A DNA stretch of 64,000 nucleotides from Candidatus Aenigmatarchaeota archaeon (GTDB lineage Archaea > Aenigmatarchaeota > Aenigmatarchaeia > CG10238-14 > SpSt-28), in the NCBI GenBank assembly GCA_038997165.1, contig JAWBAK010000001.1, positions 338,337-402,336 of the forward strand, read 5' to 3'. Below are positions 42,343 through 52,127 of the stretch, piece by piece; positions within the stretch are counted from its first letter, which is position 1; the number at the start of each line of letters is the position of its first letter. The position numbers and the translations under genes were made by a program. The notes beneath the pieces were generated by a model. It did not search any database. It had not been told where the DNA came from and saw only the letters and a program-made list of their open reading frames with translations.

Positions 42343-43397
42343 AAATTTTTATTTGAATGCTTTAAATAGTTTAAAAGCTTATCTATTTTTAGTTGAAATT
42401 CCTCGTATTCACTATTGTAATATTCTATGTTCATACTCATATCTAAATCAAAGATATATAAATTACTTACTACTCTAACATTTTTTATTCCATTATTTTT
42501 TAAAATTTCTCTGATATTTTTTGCATGAGCCGCACCTACAATAACTAATATTCTATATTTTCCAAACTCTCTTTTAAGCTCTTCAACAGATTTCATAATT
42601 TCGTAAGCCATTTCTCTTTCTCTCAGATTATTTATATATCTTATAAGTTCTATATTATTTTCATTATATGCCTTATTAAGTTCTTCTCTCAGATGTTCAT
42701 TATTGTCTATAATCTTTTCTTCAGACCCAACTTTGAGAATTGCTTCTTTTATATAAAAATCTCTTATTGTAAGTCTATAAATTATTCTCGAAGGTATAAG
42801 AAGCTCTAAATATTTATATAGATCAGAAAGATATGTTAAATATTTTTCTATATCAGTATCTAATTTTTCATAGATAAAAGAGTTTATTGATTCTTCTACA
42901 AACTTACGTAAATTATAAAATTCTTTGCCATTTAAATCAAACAAATTAGTATCGATATTAATTTCATACTTTTTTCTTTTATTTTTTATTGAATATCTTT
43001 TCAAAATTTCTGATATAATATTTTCTAATTTTTGTCTTTCTTCTTCTGAAATTCTATCACTAATAGTTTCTAGATAATATTTAATAGTTCCTATTTCTTT
43101 CATGTTTTCTATAAATTCCTTCTTAAAATCTTCTATACTACCTTCAACTTCTCTTAAATCTTCCGATTTCAAAATATAACCTTCCGATAAAACTTTATAA
43201 GGTTTGAGTCTTTTTATTAACCAACTTATTATTTTTGCATCTAATTCTGATAAGTGATTCTCGCCATATATTACGATTAGATCTCTATTAATTTTTTTAT
43301 CAATTACAGATGAAACTATTTCTTTGATAGAGCTAATAGCAAACGGTACTTCAAATAGAATATTCAAAATCTTTTTTATTTCGTTTCTTACGTTCAT
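42339..43397 (-). CDS. Hypothetical protein, TraB/ChaN-like hydrolase fold
   Basis: YGENH, RE..MA, IVGAAH. Confidence 0.5.
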   Translation of the reverse strand: MNVRNEIKKILNILFEVPFAISSIKEIVSSVIDKKINRDLIVIYGENHLSELDAKIISWLIKRLKPYKVLSEGYILKSEDLREVEGSIEDFKKEFIENMKEIGTIKYYLETISDRISEEERQKLENIISEILKRYSIKNKRKKYEINIDTNLFDLNGKEFYNLRKFVEESINSFIYEKLDTDIEKYLTYLSDLYKYLELLIPSRIIYRLTIRDFYIKEAILKVGSEEKIIDNNEHLREELNKAYNENNIELIRYINNLREREMAYEIMKSVEELKREFGKYRILVIVGAAHAKNIREILKNNGIKNVRVVSNLYIFDLDMSMNIEYYNSEYEEFQLKIDKLLNYLKHSNKNL

Positions 43398-43486
43398 AAA
43401 TGATTACAAATACATCCTCTATTATGCTTTTTAATGATTAGCGTTATTATTTAGAACTAAAATTAAAAATATTATATATGAAGATT

Positions 43487-43586
43487 GCCGGGGTGGCGGA
43501 GCGGTTTCACGCGGCGGGCTGCAGGGTTTTGCGATTTATGAGCGATAGAAACCCGCAGATCCCGGGTTCAAATCCCGGCCCCGGCT
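43487..43586 (+). tRNA. tRNA-Cys (GCA) with 26-nt intron (43525-43550)
   Basis: GCGGG-CT-GCA-G|intron|A-CCCGC; U73. Confidence 0.92.
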
Positions 43587-43791
43587 TTTTCCCTATTTAG
43601 ATATTAAATTTTAAATACATACATTTTGTCGTGGATCTCCTAAGATCTATTTATTCCTAACTTTTTAAATTTGAATTTAGGTGTTTAGGTGTTTCAATTA
43701 GAATAAACAAAAGTTAAAAAATTGTAGACCCTTTATTATAGATTTTTTCATACGTTTGCAGCTTATAAACTTGTTCAAATGATTAAATTTT

Positions 43792-44007
43792 ATGAAGAAA
43801 ATACGTAGCAACGAAGATATAAAAGAAATAGGAATAGCATTAATAATAGCAGTTATGGTTGTGGCTATAATAGGAATAATGTTTACTAGGGATTATCTTA
43901 AATTAGGAATATGTATCTTAGGTCTAATAATAGTAGCATATATAGTCTATAAAATGGTATCTAAAACTAAAATCTATAGTAGAAAAAGTAAGAAAATAAC
44001 TTTATAA
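43792..44007 (+). CDS. Small 2-TM hypothetical protein
   Basis: Two hydrophobic helices. Confidence 0.5.
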   Translation: MKKIRSNEDIKEIGIALIIAVMVVAIIGIMFTRDYLKLGICILGLIIVAYIVYKMVSKTKIYSRKSKKITL

Positions 44008-44058
44008 TTTTTAACTGAGAAAATTTAATCAAATTTAAAAATCTCTTTTAATTTTATT

Positions 44059-45375
44059 ATGAGTAATAGCGAATTTTTAGTTCCTTTAAAAGGTTTAAGA
44101 GATTTTCCGCCAGAAATTGAAATTCTTAGAAGAAAAGTTTTTTCAAAAATAGAAAAAATTTTTCAAATATATGGATTCGATCCTATAGAAACTCCAATAG
44201 TTGAAAAATGGGAAGTTTTAAAAGGTAAATATGGAGATGAAGCTGAAAATAGATTAATTTGGAGATTTAAATTACCTTATAGCGAAAAAGAATTTGGATT
44301 AAGATATGATTTAACTGTTCCTTTAGCTAGATTTTATGCAAGATTTAGACCAAAATTACCATTTAAGAGATATCAAATAGGTAGAGTTTTTAGATATGAA
44401 GAACCGCAAAAAGGAAGATATAGAGAATTTTGGCAGTGTGATTTTGATATTTTAGGTTCAAAAAGTTTTTTAGCTGATGTAGAAATTTTAAATGTAGTTA
44501 TTGATGTATTTAAAAAATTTAATTTTAAAGATTATTTAATTAAAATTAACGATAGAAATTTATTAACCCTTATTTTTGAGAAAAAAATTGGAATCGAAAA
44601 AGAAAAAATAATTAAGGTCTATAGAATTATTGATAAATTGGATAAAATAGGAATAGAAAATGTTATAAAAGAATTAGAAAAAGAGTTGAATAAGGAGCAA
44701 TTAAATGAAATCAAGAAAATTATTAGTATTTCACAATTAAGAAACGAAGAAATATTTGTTGAATTAGAAAAACTTAATTTAAAAGAAATAGATGTTTATT
44801 TAGAGAATCTAAAAAATATAATAGATTTTGTAAAAGATAAAAACAGAATTAAGATAGATTTATGTTTAGTTAGAGGTTTAGATTATTATACTTCAACAAT
44901 ATTCGAAGCTGTAGTTGAAAAACCAAAAATTGGAAGTTTAGCTGGTGGTGGTAGATATGATAATTTGATTTCTAAGTTTATAAATCAAGATATTCCAGCT
45001 GTTGGAGGAAGTATAGGAATAGAAAGATTAATTGATGCTTGCTTAGAACTAGGAATTTTAAAAGTAGAAGAAAAAACTTATTCTGAAGTTGGTGTAATTT
45101 ATTTAGAAAATGTAGATTTAAAAAAAGTACTAGAAGTTGTAAATAAATTGAGAGAAAACGAAATTAATACTTATTTTCATTTTGAAGGTTTTAGGAATGT
45201 TTTGGAAGGAATAAAAGAATTAGAAAGAAGAGGAATAAAATATGCGTTAATAATAGGGGAAAAAGAAATTAATGAAAATGTTTTTACTTTACAAAATATT
45301 AGAACAAAAGAAAGAAAAAATTTAAGTTTGGAAGAAGTAATAAATTATCTAAAGCATCTAAAGCAAAAAGTTTAA
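44059..45375 (+). CDS. hisS: Histidine-tRNA ligase
   Basis: LRYDLT, GRYREF, RGLDYY, GGGRYD. Confidence 0.97.
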   Translation: MSNSEFLVPLKGLRDFPPEIEILRRKVFSKIEKIFQIYGFDPIETPIVEKWEVLKGKYGDEAENRLIWRFKLPYSEKEFGLRYDLTVPLARFYARFRPKLPFKRYQIGRVFRYEEPQKGRYREFWQCDFDILGSKSFLADVEILNVVIDVFKKFNFKDYLIKINDRNLLTLIFEKKIGIEKEKIIKVYRIIDKLDKIGIENVIKELEKELNKEQLNEIKKIISISQLRNEEIFVELEKLNLKEIDVYLENLKNIIDFVKDKNRIKIDLCLVRGLDYYTSTIFEAVVEKPKIGSLAGGGRYDNLISKFINQDIPAVGGSIGIERLIDACLELGILKVEEKTYSEVGVIYLENVDLKKVLEVVNKLRENEINTYFHFEGFRNVLEGIKELERRGIKYALIIGEKEINENVFTLQNIRTKERKNLSLEEVINYLKHLKQKV

Positions 45376-46374
45376 TTAATTATATCCTGTTATAACTATT
45401 TCTTTTATATTTGGTGGAATTATTATTTTTGGATTTCTAATCGCAAATCTAATCATAATTAATCTCTTTTTGGGTCCTGGAACACTTCCTTCAATTAAAA
45501 TATAATCACTTCTTACTAAACCATAATGAGAGAAACCACCTTTTGGATTAATTTCTTGTCCATTAGAGGAAATTTTTAAAATTCTTTTATTTAATTCTGT
45601 TCTTCTTTGAAATCCAAGTTGACCCTGCATAGGTACTCTACCTGGTAAAACTCTACCTACACCTTGAGCTCCTAAAGATCCAACATGTCTAATTCTTTGT
45701 GTTGCTTTTCTTCTTTGCTCTTTTACACCAAATCTTTTTACAGGCCCAGCAGTACCTTTACCTTTAGTTACTGCTATTACATCTACCAATTGACCTTCTT
45801 TAAATATTTCGCTAACCTTTATCTCTTTTCCTAAAACATTAAAAGCATAATTTACAGCATCTTCAACTTTTCCTCCAATTTCTATTTCAAAAACTTCTGG
45901 TTTTTTCTTTTTTATTCCAGCTAACCACGGTTGTGTAGCTACTACTATTCTAACCTTTTTTATTTTAGATTTGTCTAATTTTTCAAATTCTTTAATAGCT
46001 TCATCATAGTTGCTTTTAAAGTTAGTTATTTTTCTTTTCAAATATTTCGGAATGTTTTCATCTTTTGCGTAAATGTCCAAAATACTTCTATATCCTTTTG
46101 TTGTTAATTCGTAAAATCTTATCCCTATAACCTTTAATGGTGGAACTTCTATTACTGTAGCTGGAACAAAATATTCTTCTTCTATTTCCTTTTTTAGAAC
46201 TTTTCTTTTTCTTATTTCTATAACATGAACCATACCAGCTTTATAGCCAGCAAACGCCAAAGGTATAGCTTTATCATAATTAGGATAAGATTTTATAGTT
46301 GGATAGATCCTTTTAGCTCTTTTTCTAGGCCAAAATGCTCTACTTCCTGCTAGTGGTTTTGAATCTTTTACCAT
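45376..46374 (-). CDS. rpl3: 50S ribosomal protein L3 (uL3)
   Basis: FAGYKAGM, TKGKG..GPVKRFG, GSVPGPKKR. Confidence 0.97.
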   Translation of the reverse strand: MVKDSKPLAGSRAFWPRKRAKRIYPTIKSYPNYDKAIPLAFAGYKAGMVHVIEIRKRKVLKKEIEEEYFVPATVIEVPPLKVIGIRFYELTTKGYRSILDIYAKDENIPKYLKRKITNFKSNYDEAIKEFEKLDKSKIKKVRIVVATQPWLAGIKKKKPEVFEIEIGGKVEDAVNYAFNVLGKEIKVSEIFKEGQLVDVIAVTKGKGTAGPVKRFGVKEQRRKATQRIRHVGSLGAQGVGRVLPGRVPMQGQLGFQRRTELNKRILKISSNGQEINPKGGFSHYGLVRSDYILIEGSVPGPKKRLIMIRFAIRNPKIIIPPNIKEIVITGYN

Positions 46375-46438
46375 AAATTATAAGAACTAAAAATTATTTA
46401 GCTTTTTATTTCTTAAATATAATGAAGCATTAATAACA

Positions 46439-46488
46439 TCTGATAAATAGTTTTTCTTCATCATCTCTGTTGACCGTCGTTTCTTCAT
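46439..46488 (-). ncRNA. Box C/D sRNA
   Basis: ATGAAGA-AACGACGGTCAA-CAGA-GATG-ATGAAGA-AAAACTATTTAT-CAGA (12-nt guides). Confidence 0.7.
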
Positions 46489-46496
46489 TCATAAAT

Positions 46497-47069
46497 TTAA
46501 TCTAAGATAGAAGAAATTATAAGATCTAATTTCTTATAGAATTCTTCTAGAGAAGAATTGTTTTCAACTATAAAATCTGCTATTTCTTCTAATTTATCTA
46601 GACCTAATATCTCTTTATCTCTTTTATCCCTTTCTAAAAACTCTTCAAAACTTAGATTAAAATTTTTATCTTGTATTTTTCTTCTTTCATATCTTATTTT
46701 TGCGGGCGCAAAAATAAAAATTAAATAAAAATTTTTGTTAAACTCATTTTTGAATGCTTTAATTTCACTTAAGCTTCTTATTCCATCAACAATAATTTTG
46801 TTAGTTTTAATATCTTTTATTTTTTCAATAATTTTTAGTGCAAATATTTCTTCTTTTCCATATCTTTCTCTTATAATTTTTCCAACTTCACTCAATTTTC
46901 TTTTTTTCTCTTCTAAACTTAAATCTTCTTGAATTAAGTTTAATTTAATTGCTTCTTCTTCAATAATTTTGGAAAATTCAAAAATTTCAAAATTGTACTT
47001 TTCTTTTAAATATTTTGCAGCTTCACTTTTGCCGCTTGCTGCATATCCAGACAAACCTATTATTAGCAT
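46497..47069 (-). CDS. UPF0200/dephospho-CoA kinase-like P-loop kinase
   Basis: GYAASGKS, VDGIR. Confidence 0.75.
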   Translation of the reverse strand: MLIIGLSGYAASGKSEAAKYLKEKYNFEIFEFSKIIEEEAIKLNLIQEDLSLEEKKRKLSEVGKIIRERYGKEEIFALKIIEKIKDIKTNKIIVDGIRSLSEIKAFKNEFNKNFYLIFIFAPAKIRYERRKIQDKNFNLSFEEFLERDKRDKEILGLDKLEEIADFIVENNSSLEEFYKKLDLIISSILD

Positions 47070-47091
47070 AAATATTATTAAAGAATAAATT

Positions 47092-47784
47092 ATGAGACTA
47101 ATAATATTTGGACCTCCAGGAAGCGGAAAAGGAACATATTCATCGATTCTAAAAGAAAAGCTAGGAATTGAGAAAATATCTACTGGAGATATCTTTAGAG
47201 CTGAGGTAAAAAAACAAAGTGAACTAGGGAAAAAAGTTGAAAACTATTTAAAGCAAGGATTATTAGTACCTGATGAAATAGTTATAGAAATAGTTAAAAA
47301 GATTATAGATGAAAAAAAAGATAATTTTATTTTAGATGGTTTTCCAAGAACTGTTAATCAGGCAGAATGGTTAATAAATTATATAAAAATAGATGCAATA
47401 ATAAAAATTAATGTACATGATGAAATTTTGATTGAAAAAATTAGTGGAAGAAGAGTTTGTAGTAATCCTAACTGCGATGGAAATTATAATGTTGTTGATA
47501 TAGATAAGGTAATTGATGGAATTCATTATAAATTACCTTCTATTTTACCAAAAAATGATATGATTTGTGATAAATGTGGCTCTAAATTAATTCAAAGAGA
47601 TGATGATAAACCAGAAATTATAAGAGAAAGACTCAAAATTTATTATCAGCAAACAAAACCAGTAGAGGAATATTTACGTAAAAAAGAAATATTTTTTATT
47701 GAAGTTTGGATGAATAAAGAGCCAAAATTTGTTGTTGAAGAAATAATAAATAAATTAAATAGTGCATACTTCAAAACATTCTAA
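47092..47784 (+). CDS. adk: Adenylate kinase (bacterial-type with Cys lid)
   Basis: GPPGSGKGT, STGDIFR, LDGFPRT, QRDDD. Confidence 0.92.
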   Translation: MRLIIFGPPGSGKGTYSSILKEKLGIEKISTGDIFRAEVKKQSELGKKVENYLKQGLLVPDEIVIEIVKKIIDEKKDNFILDGFPRTVNQAEWLINYIKIDAIIKINVHDEILIEKISGRRVCSNPNCDGNYNVVDIDKVIDGIHYKLPSILPKNDMICDKCGSKLIQRDDDKPEIIRERLKIYYQQTKPVEEYLRKKEIFFIEVWMNKEPKFVVEEIINKLNSAYFKTF

Positions 47785-48597
47785 AAGTAATTCTTTTATA
47801 TTTTTTATTACAACTTTCTTGTTTTCTTCTGGTATTGACCTTATACATTCTTCTATAGTAGCTTTATTATAGGAGCAACAATAATTTTCATATGCTATTG
47901 GATAGATGCCTTCATCTATTTTTAATCCTAATGGCTTAAATACATATTTCTCCCAATAATTATAAAATTCTTCGAGATTATATAATCTTATTCTATTTTT
48001 TACTCTAAGATGATTATAGTGTTCTCTAGGATAATGTTTTTTAATTTCTTCGAACTCATTTCTAACTATTTTATAACTTTCAAATCCATCTTCATATTTT
48101 TTAATTACAATCCCCTCTATAACATTTTCAGTTTTACTTATTTTTATTTTATTTTCTTTTTTAATAAGTTTTATCAAATTTGGATTGATAGTATTTTTAA
48201 AAGCAGAATCTCTATTTAAAGATTCATCTATTATTTTTTTAGTTAGTGGACCTGCATAAAAAGTAGGTACAATAATCAGCCCCAAACATAAACACATTTT
48301 CGAAGTAACTTCTGGGGGAAGATAAATAAGTTTTCCATCCTCTAATATTGCTCCTTCAATAACAATTCTATTTGCTGGAGCTTCATACATTATTACATGT
48401 AAATCTTTTATATTTACTAGTTCACCAAAGAGACATAGATATAACTTTTTTTCAATTTTTATACATGATTCTATAAAACTATCTGATAGTTTGCCATCAA
48501 TTTTTTCTTGAATATAAATTTTTTTTATATTTTTTTCAAGTTCTTTTAATTCGTTAATTTCTTTCGGTTTTTTATAAGAGATTTTTATTATTGACAT
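47755..48597 (-). CDS. ATP-dependent RNA ligase-like nucleotidyltransferase
   Basis: QEKIDG (motif I), LFGE, EGIVIK, YKIV. Confidence 0.7.
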   Translation of the reverse strand: MSIIKISYKKPKEINELKELEKNIKKIYIQEKIDGKLSDSFIESCIKIEKKLYLCLFGELVNIKDLHVIMYEAPANRIVIEGAILEDGKLIYLPPEVTSKMCLCLGLIIVPTFYAGPLTKKIIDESLNRDSAFKNTINPNLIKLIKKENKIKISKTENVIEGIVIKKYEDGFESYKIVRNEFEEIKKHYPREHYNHLRVKNRIRLYNLEEFYNYWEKYVFKPLGLKIDEGIYPIAYENYCCSYNKATIEECIRSIPEENKKVVIKNIKELLLECFEVCTI

Positions 48598-49376
48598 AAT
48601 CTAGATGTTTTTCTTTTTCTTTTATTTTTATTTTTATTAATGGATTTGGATATATATCCATAACTTAAAATTTTCAGAATTTCATTTATATAATCATCTA
48701 GTTTTTTTTCGTTATTTGGTAATTTTTCCATTTTTTCTGAAAATCTATTAAGACCTTCTTGATCTAAAATATAAATCTTATTTCTTACATGTTCGTTAAA
48801 TATAGTAGAAAAGTTTTTTATTATTCTTTCATCATTTGTTAGAAATATATATATTCCTCTTCCATTTTTTTCCTGAGAGTAAATTAATATCGTTTTAATG
48901 TAATCAGTATCATCTTTATCAACACTTTGAGAAAGAATTTCTGAAAGGTTTCTATATTTTCTATCAAAAATTTCCTGGTATTTTTTTTCATATTTCTCTC
49001 TAATTATATTTATAGGAATTCCATCAATTTTTATTACATATTCTTTTTGTTCAAGGTATTTGGCCTTTCTTCTTTGAAGATATTTATGAAAATTTTCTAT
49101 TTTTTTACTGTCTAAATATTTCCTATATTCTTTTTCTTTTATTTTTTTTAGTGCACCTTCCAAAGCTGATTCAAAAGAAATAAATTTAACTGGTATTTTA
49201 TACATACTTTTTTCTAGAATATTACAAAAATTTTTCAAACTTTTAAAACTTTCAATATATGATCTCTGAGAATTATTTAAAAACTTTTCTTCTAAATTTT
49301 TCTTTTGAAAATTTTCTACTAATTTATCAACTAATATACATTCATCAAGAAATACATATATCGTTTTTTGCTTCAT
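48588..49376 (-). CDS. PIN-like domain protein
   Basis: VFLDECIL...DDTD...FLTND acidic pattern. Confidence 0.45.
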   Translation of the reverse strand: MKQKTIYVFLDECILVDKLVENFQKKNLEEKFLNNSQRSYIESFKSLKNFCNILEKSMYKIPVKFISFESALEGALKKIKEKEYRKYLDSKKIENFHKYLQRRKAKYLEQKEYVIKIDGIPINIIREKYEKKYQEIFDRKYRNLSEILSQSVDKDDTDYIKTILIYSQEKNGRGIYIFLTNDERIIKNFSTIFNEHVRNKIYILDQEGLNRFSEKMEKLPNNEKKLDDYINEILKILSYGYISKSINKNKNKRKRKTSRLCQ

Positions 49377-49483
49377 AAAAATAACAATAAATTGAAAAAT
49401 ATATTTATATTAAACTTAACCATTAATATTTAAAATTATAATAAACTATTTATTATTATATTTATTGTTTCAGAAAAATTTTT

Positions 49484-50452
49484 ATGATTTCTGAGTTTTT
49501 AAATATAATAAACAAATTAAAAGAAAGAAATATTAAAAAAATTTTTGTTCAAATTTCAGAAGGTTTAAAAATTAAAATAGAAGAAATACAAAAAATTTTT
49601 GAAGAAAATAATATAGAAGTTATTTTTAGTTTAGAACCTACTTATGGAGCTTGTGATGTAAGGGATGAAGAAGCAAAAAGATTAGGTTGTGAAGCATTAA
49701 TTCATATTGGTCATTCTAATTTTGGAGTTAGGTCTTCTATACCAGTTTTTTATATTCATTATATTTTTGATGCTGAAGAAGAAAAAATTGAAAAATTATT
49801 AGAAAAATATGAAAATATGTTTATTTACAATTCATATGCAATAGTTTCAAGCTTGCAATATATTAACTATGTTAAATATGTAAAAAATTTTTTAGAAACA
49901 AAAAATAAGAAAGTTTATACTAAAAAAGTTTTAGAGTATGAAGCTCAAATATTAGGTTGTAATGTAAATGCTGCTAAAATAGACGAGGCAGAAGCAATAA
50001 TAGTTATTTCTGAAGGATTTTTTTATCCTTTAGGCTTATTGCTAGAAATTGAAAACAAACCAATAATATATATTGATCTTGAAAAACAAGAGGTTAGAGA
50101 CATTAGTTTTTTAAGAGAAAAGTTTCGAAAGATAGTAGCGTGGAACTTAGTAAGATTTAAAGAGGCTAAAAAAATTGGATTGTTAGTTAGTTGGAAGAAA
50201 GGTCAAACATTTTATGATGTTTTTAAGATAAAAAAAGAAATTGAAAAAATTGGAAAAAAAGTATATATTTTTGCTTTTGATGAGATCGTACCTGAAAAAT
50301 TAGAAGGTATAAATGTAGATTTTTTAATAAATTTAGCATGTCCAAGAATTTTTCCAGATGATATAGAAAGATATAAAATTCCTTTGCTAAATTATTCAAT
50401 CCTACTAAAAAGTTTTTATGAAGAAAAAAGAGTTAGAAATAATTCTATCTAA
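49484..50452 (+). CDS. dph2: Diphthamide biosynthesis enzyme Dph2
   Basis: YGACD, HIGHS, QILGC, ACPRI. Confidence 0.92.
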   Translation: MISEFLNIINKLKERNIKKIFVQISEGLKIKIEEIQKIFEENNIEVIFSLEPTYGACDVRDEEAKRLGCEALIHIGHSNFGVRSSIPVFYIHYIFDAEEEKIEKLLEKYENMFIYNSYAIVSSLQYINYVKYVKNFLETKNKKVYTKKVLEYEAQILGCNVNAAKIDEAEAIIVISEGFFYPLGLLLEIENKPIIYIDLEKQEVRDISFLREKFRKIVAWNLVRFKEAKKIGLLVSWKKGQTFYDVFKIKKEIEKIGKKVYIFAFDEIVPEKLEGINVDFLINLACPRIFPDDIERYKIPLLNYSILLKSFYEEKRVRNNSI

Positions 50453-51056
50453 TTTAAAAGGTTTTGAAAAACCAAAGATAGAACTAGAACAATATGAAAC
50501 TCCTAGCAATTTAATAAGCGAAATAGTTAATGAACTAAATTTAATGAATTTAATTGAAAATAAAAAAATTTTGGAGATTGCTTGTGGAACTGCTAAATTT
50601 TCAATAGCATTATCTTTTTTTAATCCAAAATTAATTTTTGCTTTCGATATAGATAAAGATGCTATAAAAATTGCTAAAGAAAATTATGAAAAAATAAAAA
50701 ATGAATACGAAAATTATAATATTTCAAAGATATTTTTTTGCATAGGCAATATAAAACAAATTAAATTCAAAGAGTATTTTGATTTATCGATAATGAATCC
50801 TCCATTTGGAATTCAGGGAAAAATTAAAGATTTGGAATTTTTAGAATTTGCTTTTAATTATTCAAATTTTGTTGTTTCAATAAATCCGAATGGTAAAAAC
50901 ATAGAATTTTTTATAAAATTTTCAAAAAAATATAATTTTGAGCTAATAAAATATAAGAAATTTTTATTTCCTATTAAGAGAATTTTTTGGTTTCATAAGA
51001 AAAAAGAAAAAATGATAGAAACTTTAGTTTTGTTTTTTAGAAAATTATTTTCTTGA
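50418..51056 (+). CDS. METTL5-like N6-adenine methyltransferase
   Basis: LEQYETP, NPPFG. Confidence 0.85.
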   Translation: MKKKELEIILSNLKGFEKPKIELEQYETPSNLISEIVNELNLMNLIENKKILEIACGTAKFSIALSFFNPKLIFAFDIDKDAIKIAKENYEKIKNEYENYNISKIFFCIGNIKQIKFKEYFDLSIMNPPFGIQGKIKDLEFLEFAFNYSNFVVSINPNGKNIEFFIKFSKKYNFELIKYKKFLFPIKRIFWFHKKKEKMIETLVLFFRKLFS

Positions 51057-51587
51057 TACGAACTTATTGTTTTTTATATAAAATCTCAAATTTTCTTCTA
51101 AATCTCTTTTTACACCAATTCTTTTTGAGCTCTCTATTTCAAATTTTTCTTCTTTACTCTTTGCTATATATAATAAGCCCTTTTTATAAACTTTTATTCC
51201 ATTTAAACTTTTATCAATTTTTAATGCTTTCGTTAATTTTCCAGGACCATTAGTTTCAAAATTAATGTTTTTTATTGGTTCAATCGCTCTTATTAATACA
51301 GCACCTGCTTTATTTTTTTGATGCGCAACAATATTTAATAGCCAATTGGAATGAACCATATAAATTAGAGTTATTCCTACATCTCCATATAAGGAATTTA
51401 CAACATATTTTGGAAATCCCAAATAAGCTCTAGATGCAGGATCTTCTTTTCCATAGTATGCTTCAACTTCAACAATCTTCCCAATTAATTTTTTATTATT
51501 AAATTCCCTAATTAAATACTTTCCTAATAAATTTTTTGCAATCTCTTTAGTATCTTTTTTATAAAAGCTTTTTTTCAAAATTTTCAT
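51045..51587 (-). CDS. mpg: DNA-3-methyladenine glycosylase (AAG/MPG)
   Basis: IVEVEAY, AVLIRAIEP, NGPGKLTKAL. Confidence 0.92.
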   Translation of the reverse strand: MKILKKSFYKKDTKEIAKNLLGKYLIREFNNKKLIGKIVEVEAYYGKEDPASRAYLGFPKYVVNSLYGDVGITLIYMVHSNWLLNIVAHQKNKAGAVLIRAIEPIKNINFETNGPGKLTKALKIDKSLNGIKVYKKGLLYIAKSKEEKFEIESSKRIGVKRDLEENLRFYIKNNKFVSRK

Positions 51588-51594
51588 TTAAAGT

Positions 51595-52116
51595 TTAACA
51601 ATATTTTTCTCCGCTCGATACTAATAAGCTATTCCTTATATAAATTGGAGCATCCAATCTTAATGCTAGTGCAATTCCATCACTAGGTCTAATATCAATT
51701 TCTCTTATTTTATTTCCTTGAGAAATAAAAGCTCTTGCAATATAGGAATTATTTCTAATTTCTTCAATTCTTACATCAATAAGCTTTATATTAAATTCTT
51801 TAAAAATATCAGAAGTTACATCATGCGTATTTGGTCTCCATTCTCTTCTTTTTTGTAATGCATTACTAATTGATCTTATTTGGGCATCTTCTATATAACC
51901 AATTAATCTATAACATCCCGAATATAAAATTAATGCACCATTTTCTGGAATTACATCAATTTTTTCAACTCTAGAATATTCTTCTGTTGAAAGTTGTGGA
52001 AAAATTTTTATTAATTCAGAAATATCTTGTAAAATTTCTTTTTGATAAAGAGATAAAATTAATGATAAGATAGAAATAAATAATGCAATTATAACAGCGA
52101 TTAATACTTTTTCCAT
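51595..52116 (-). CDS. Bifunctional nuclease (DUF151) with N-terminal TM
   Basis: RPNTHD, DIRPSDGIALA. Confidence 0.85.
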   Translation of the reverse strand: MEKVLIAVIIALFISILSLILSLYQKEILQDISELIKIFPQLSTEEYSRVEKIDVIPENGALILYSGCYRLIGYIEDAQIRSISNALQKRREWRPNTHDVTSDIFKEFNIKLIDVRIEEIRNNSYIARAFISQGNKIREIDIRPSDGIALALRLDAPIYIRNSLLVSSGEKYC

Positions 52117-52127
52117 AAGAATTAATT

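Noticed and set aside
43398..43460. Two ATGATTA motifs upstream of tRNA-Cys as a C/D sRNA
   Set aside because: No convincing D or D' box; expected by chance in AT-rich DNA
43525..43550. tRNA-Cys intron as another self-guide
   Set aside because: Only weak wobble complementarity (UUGCG) and no correctly spaced D/C boxes
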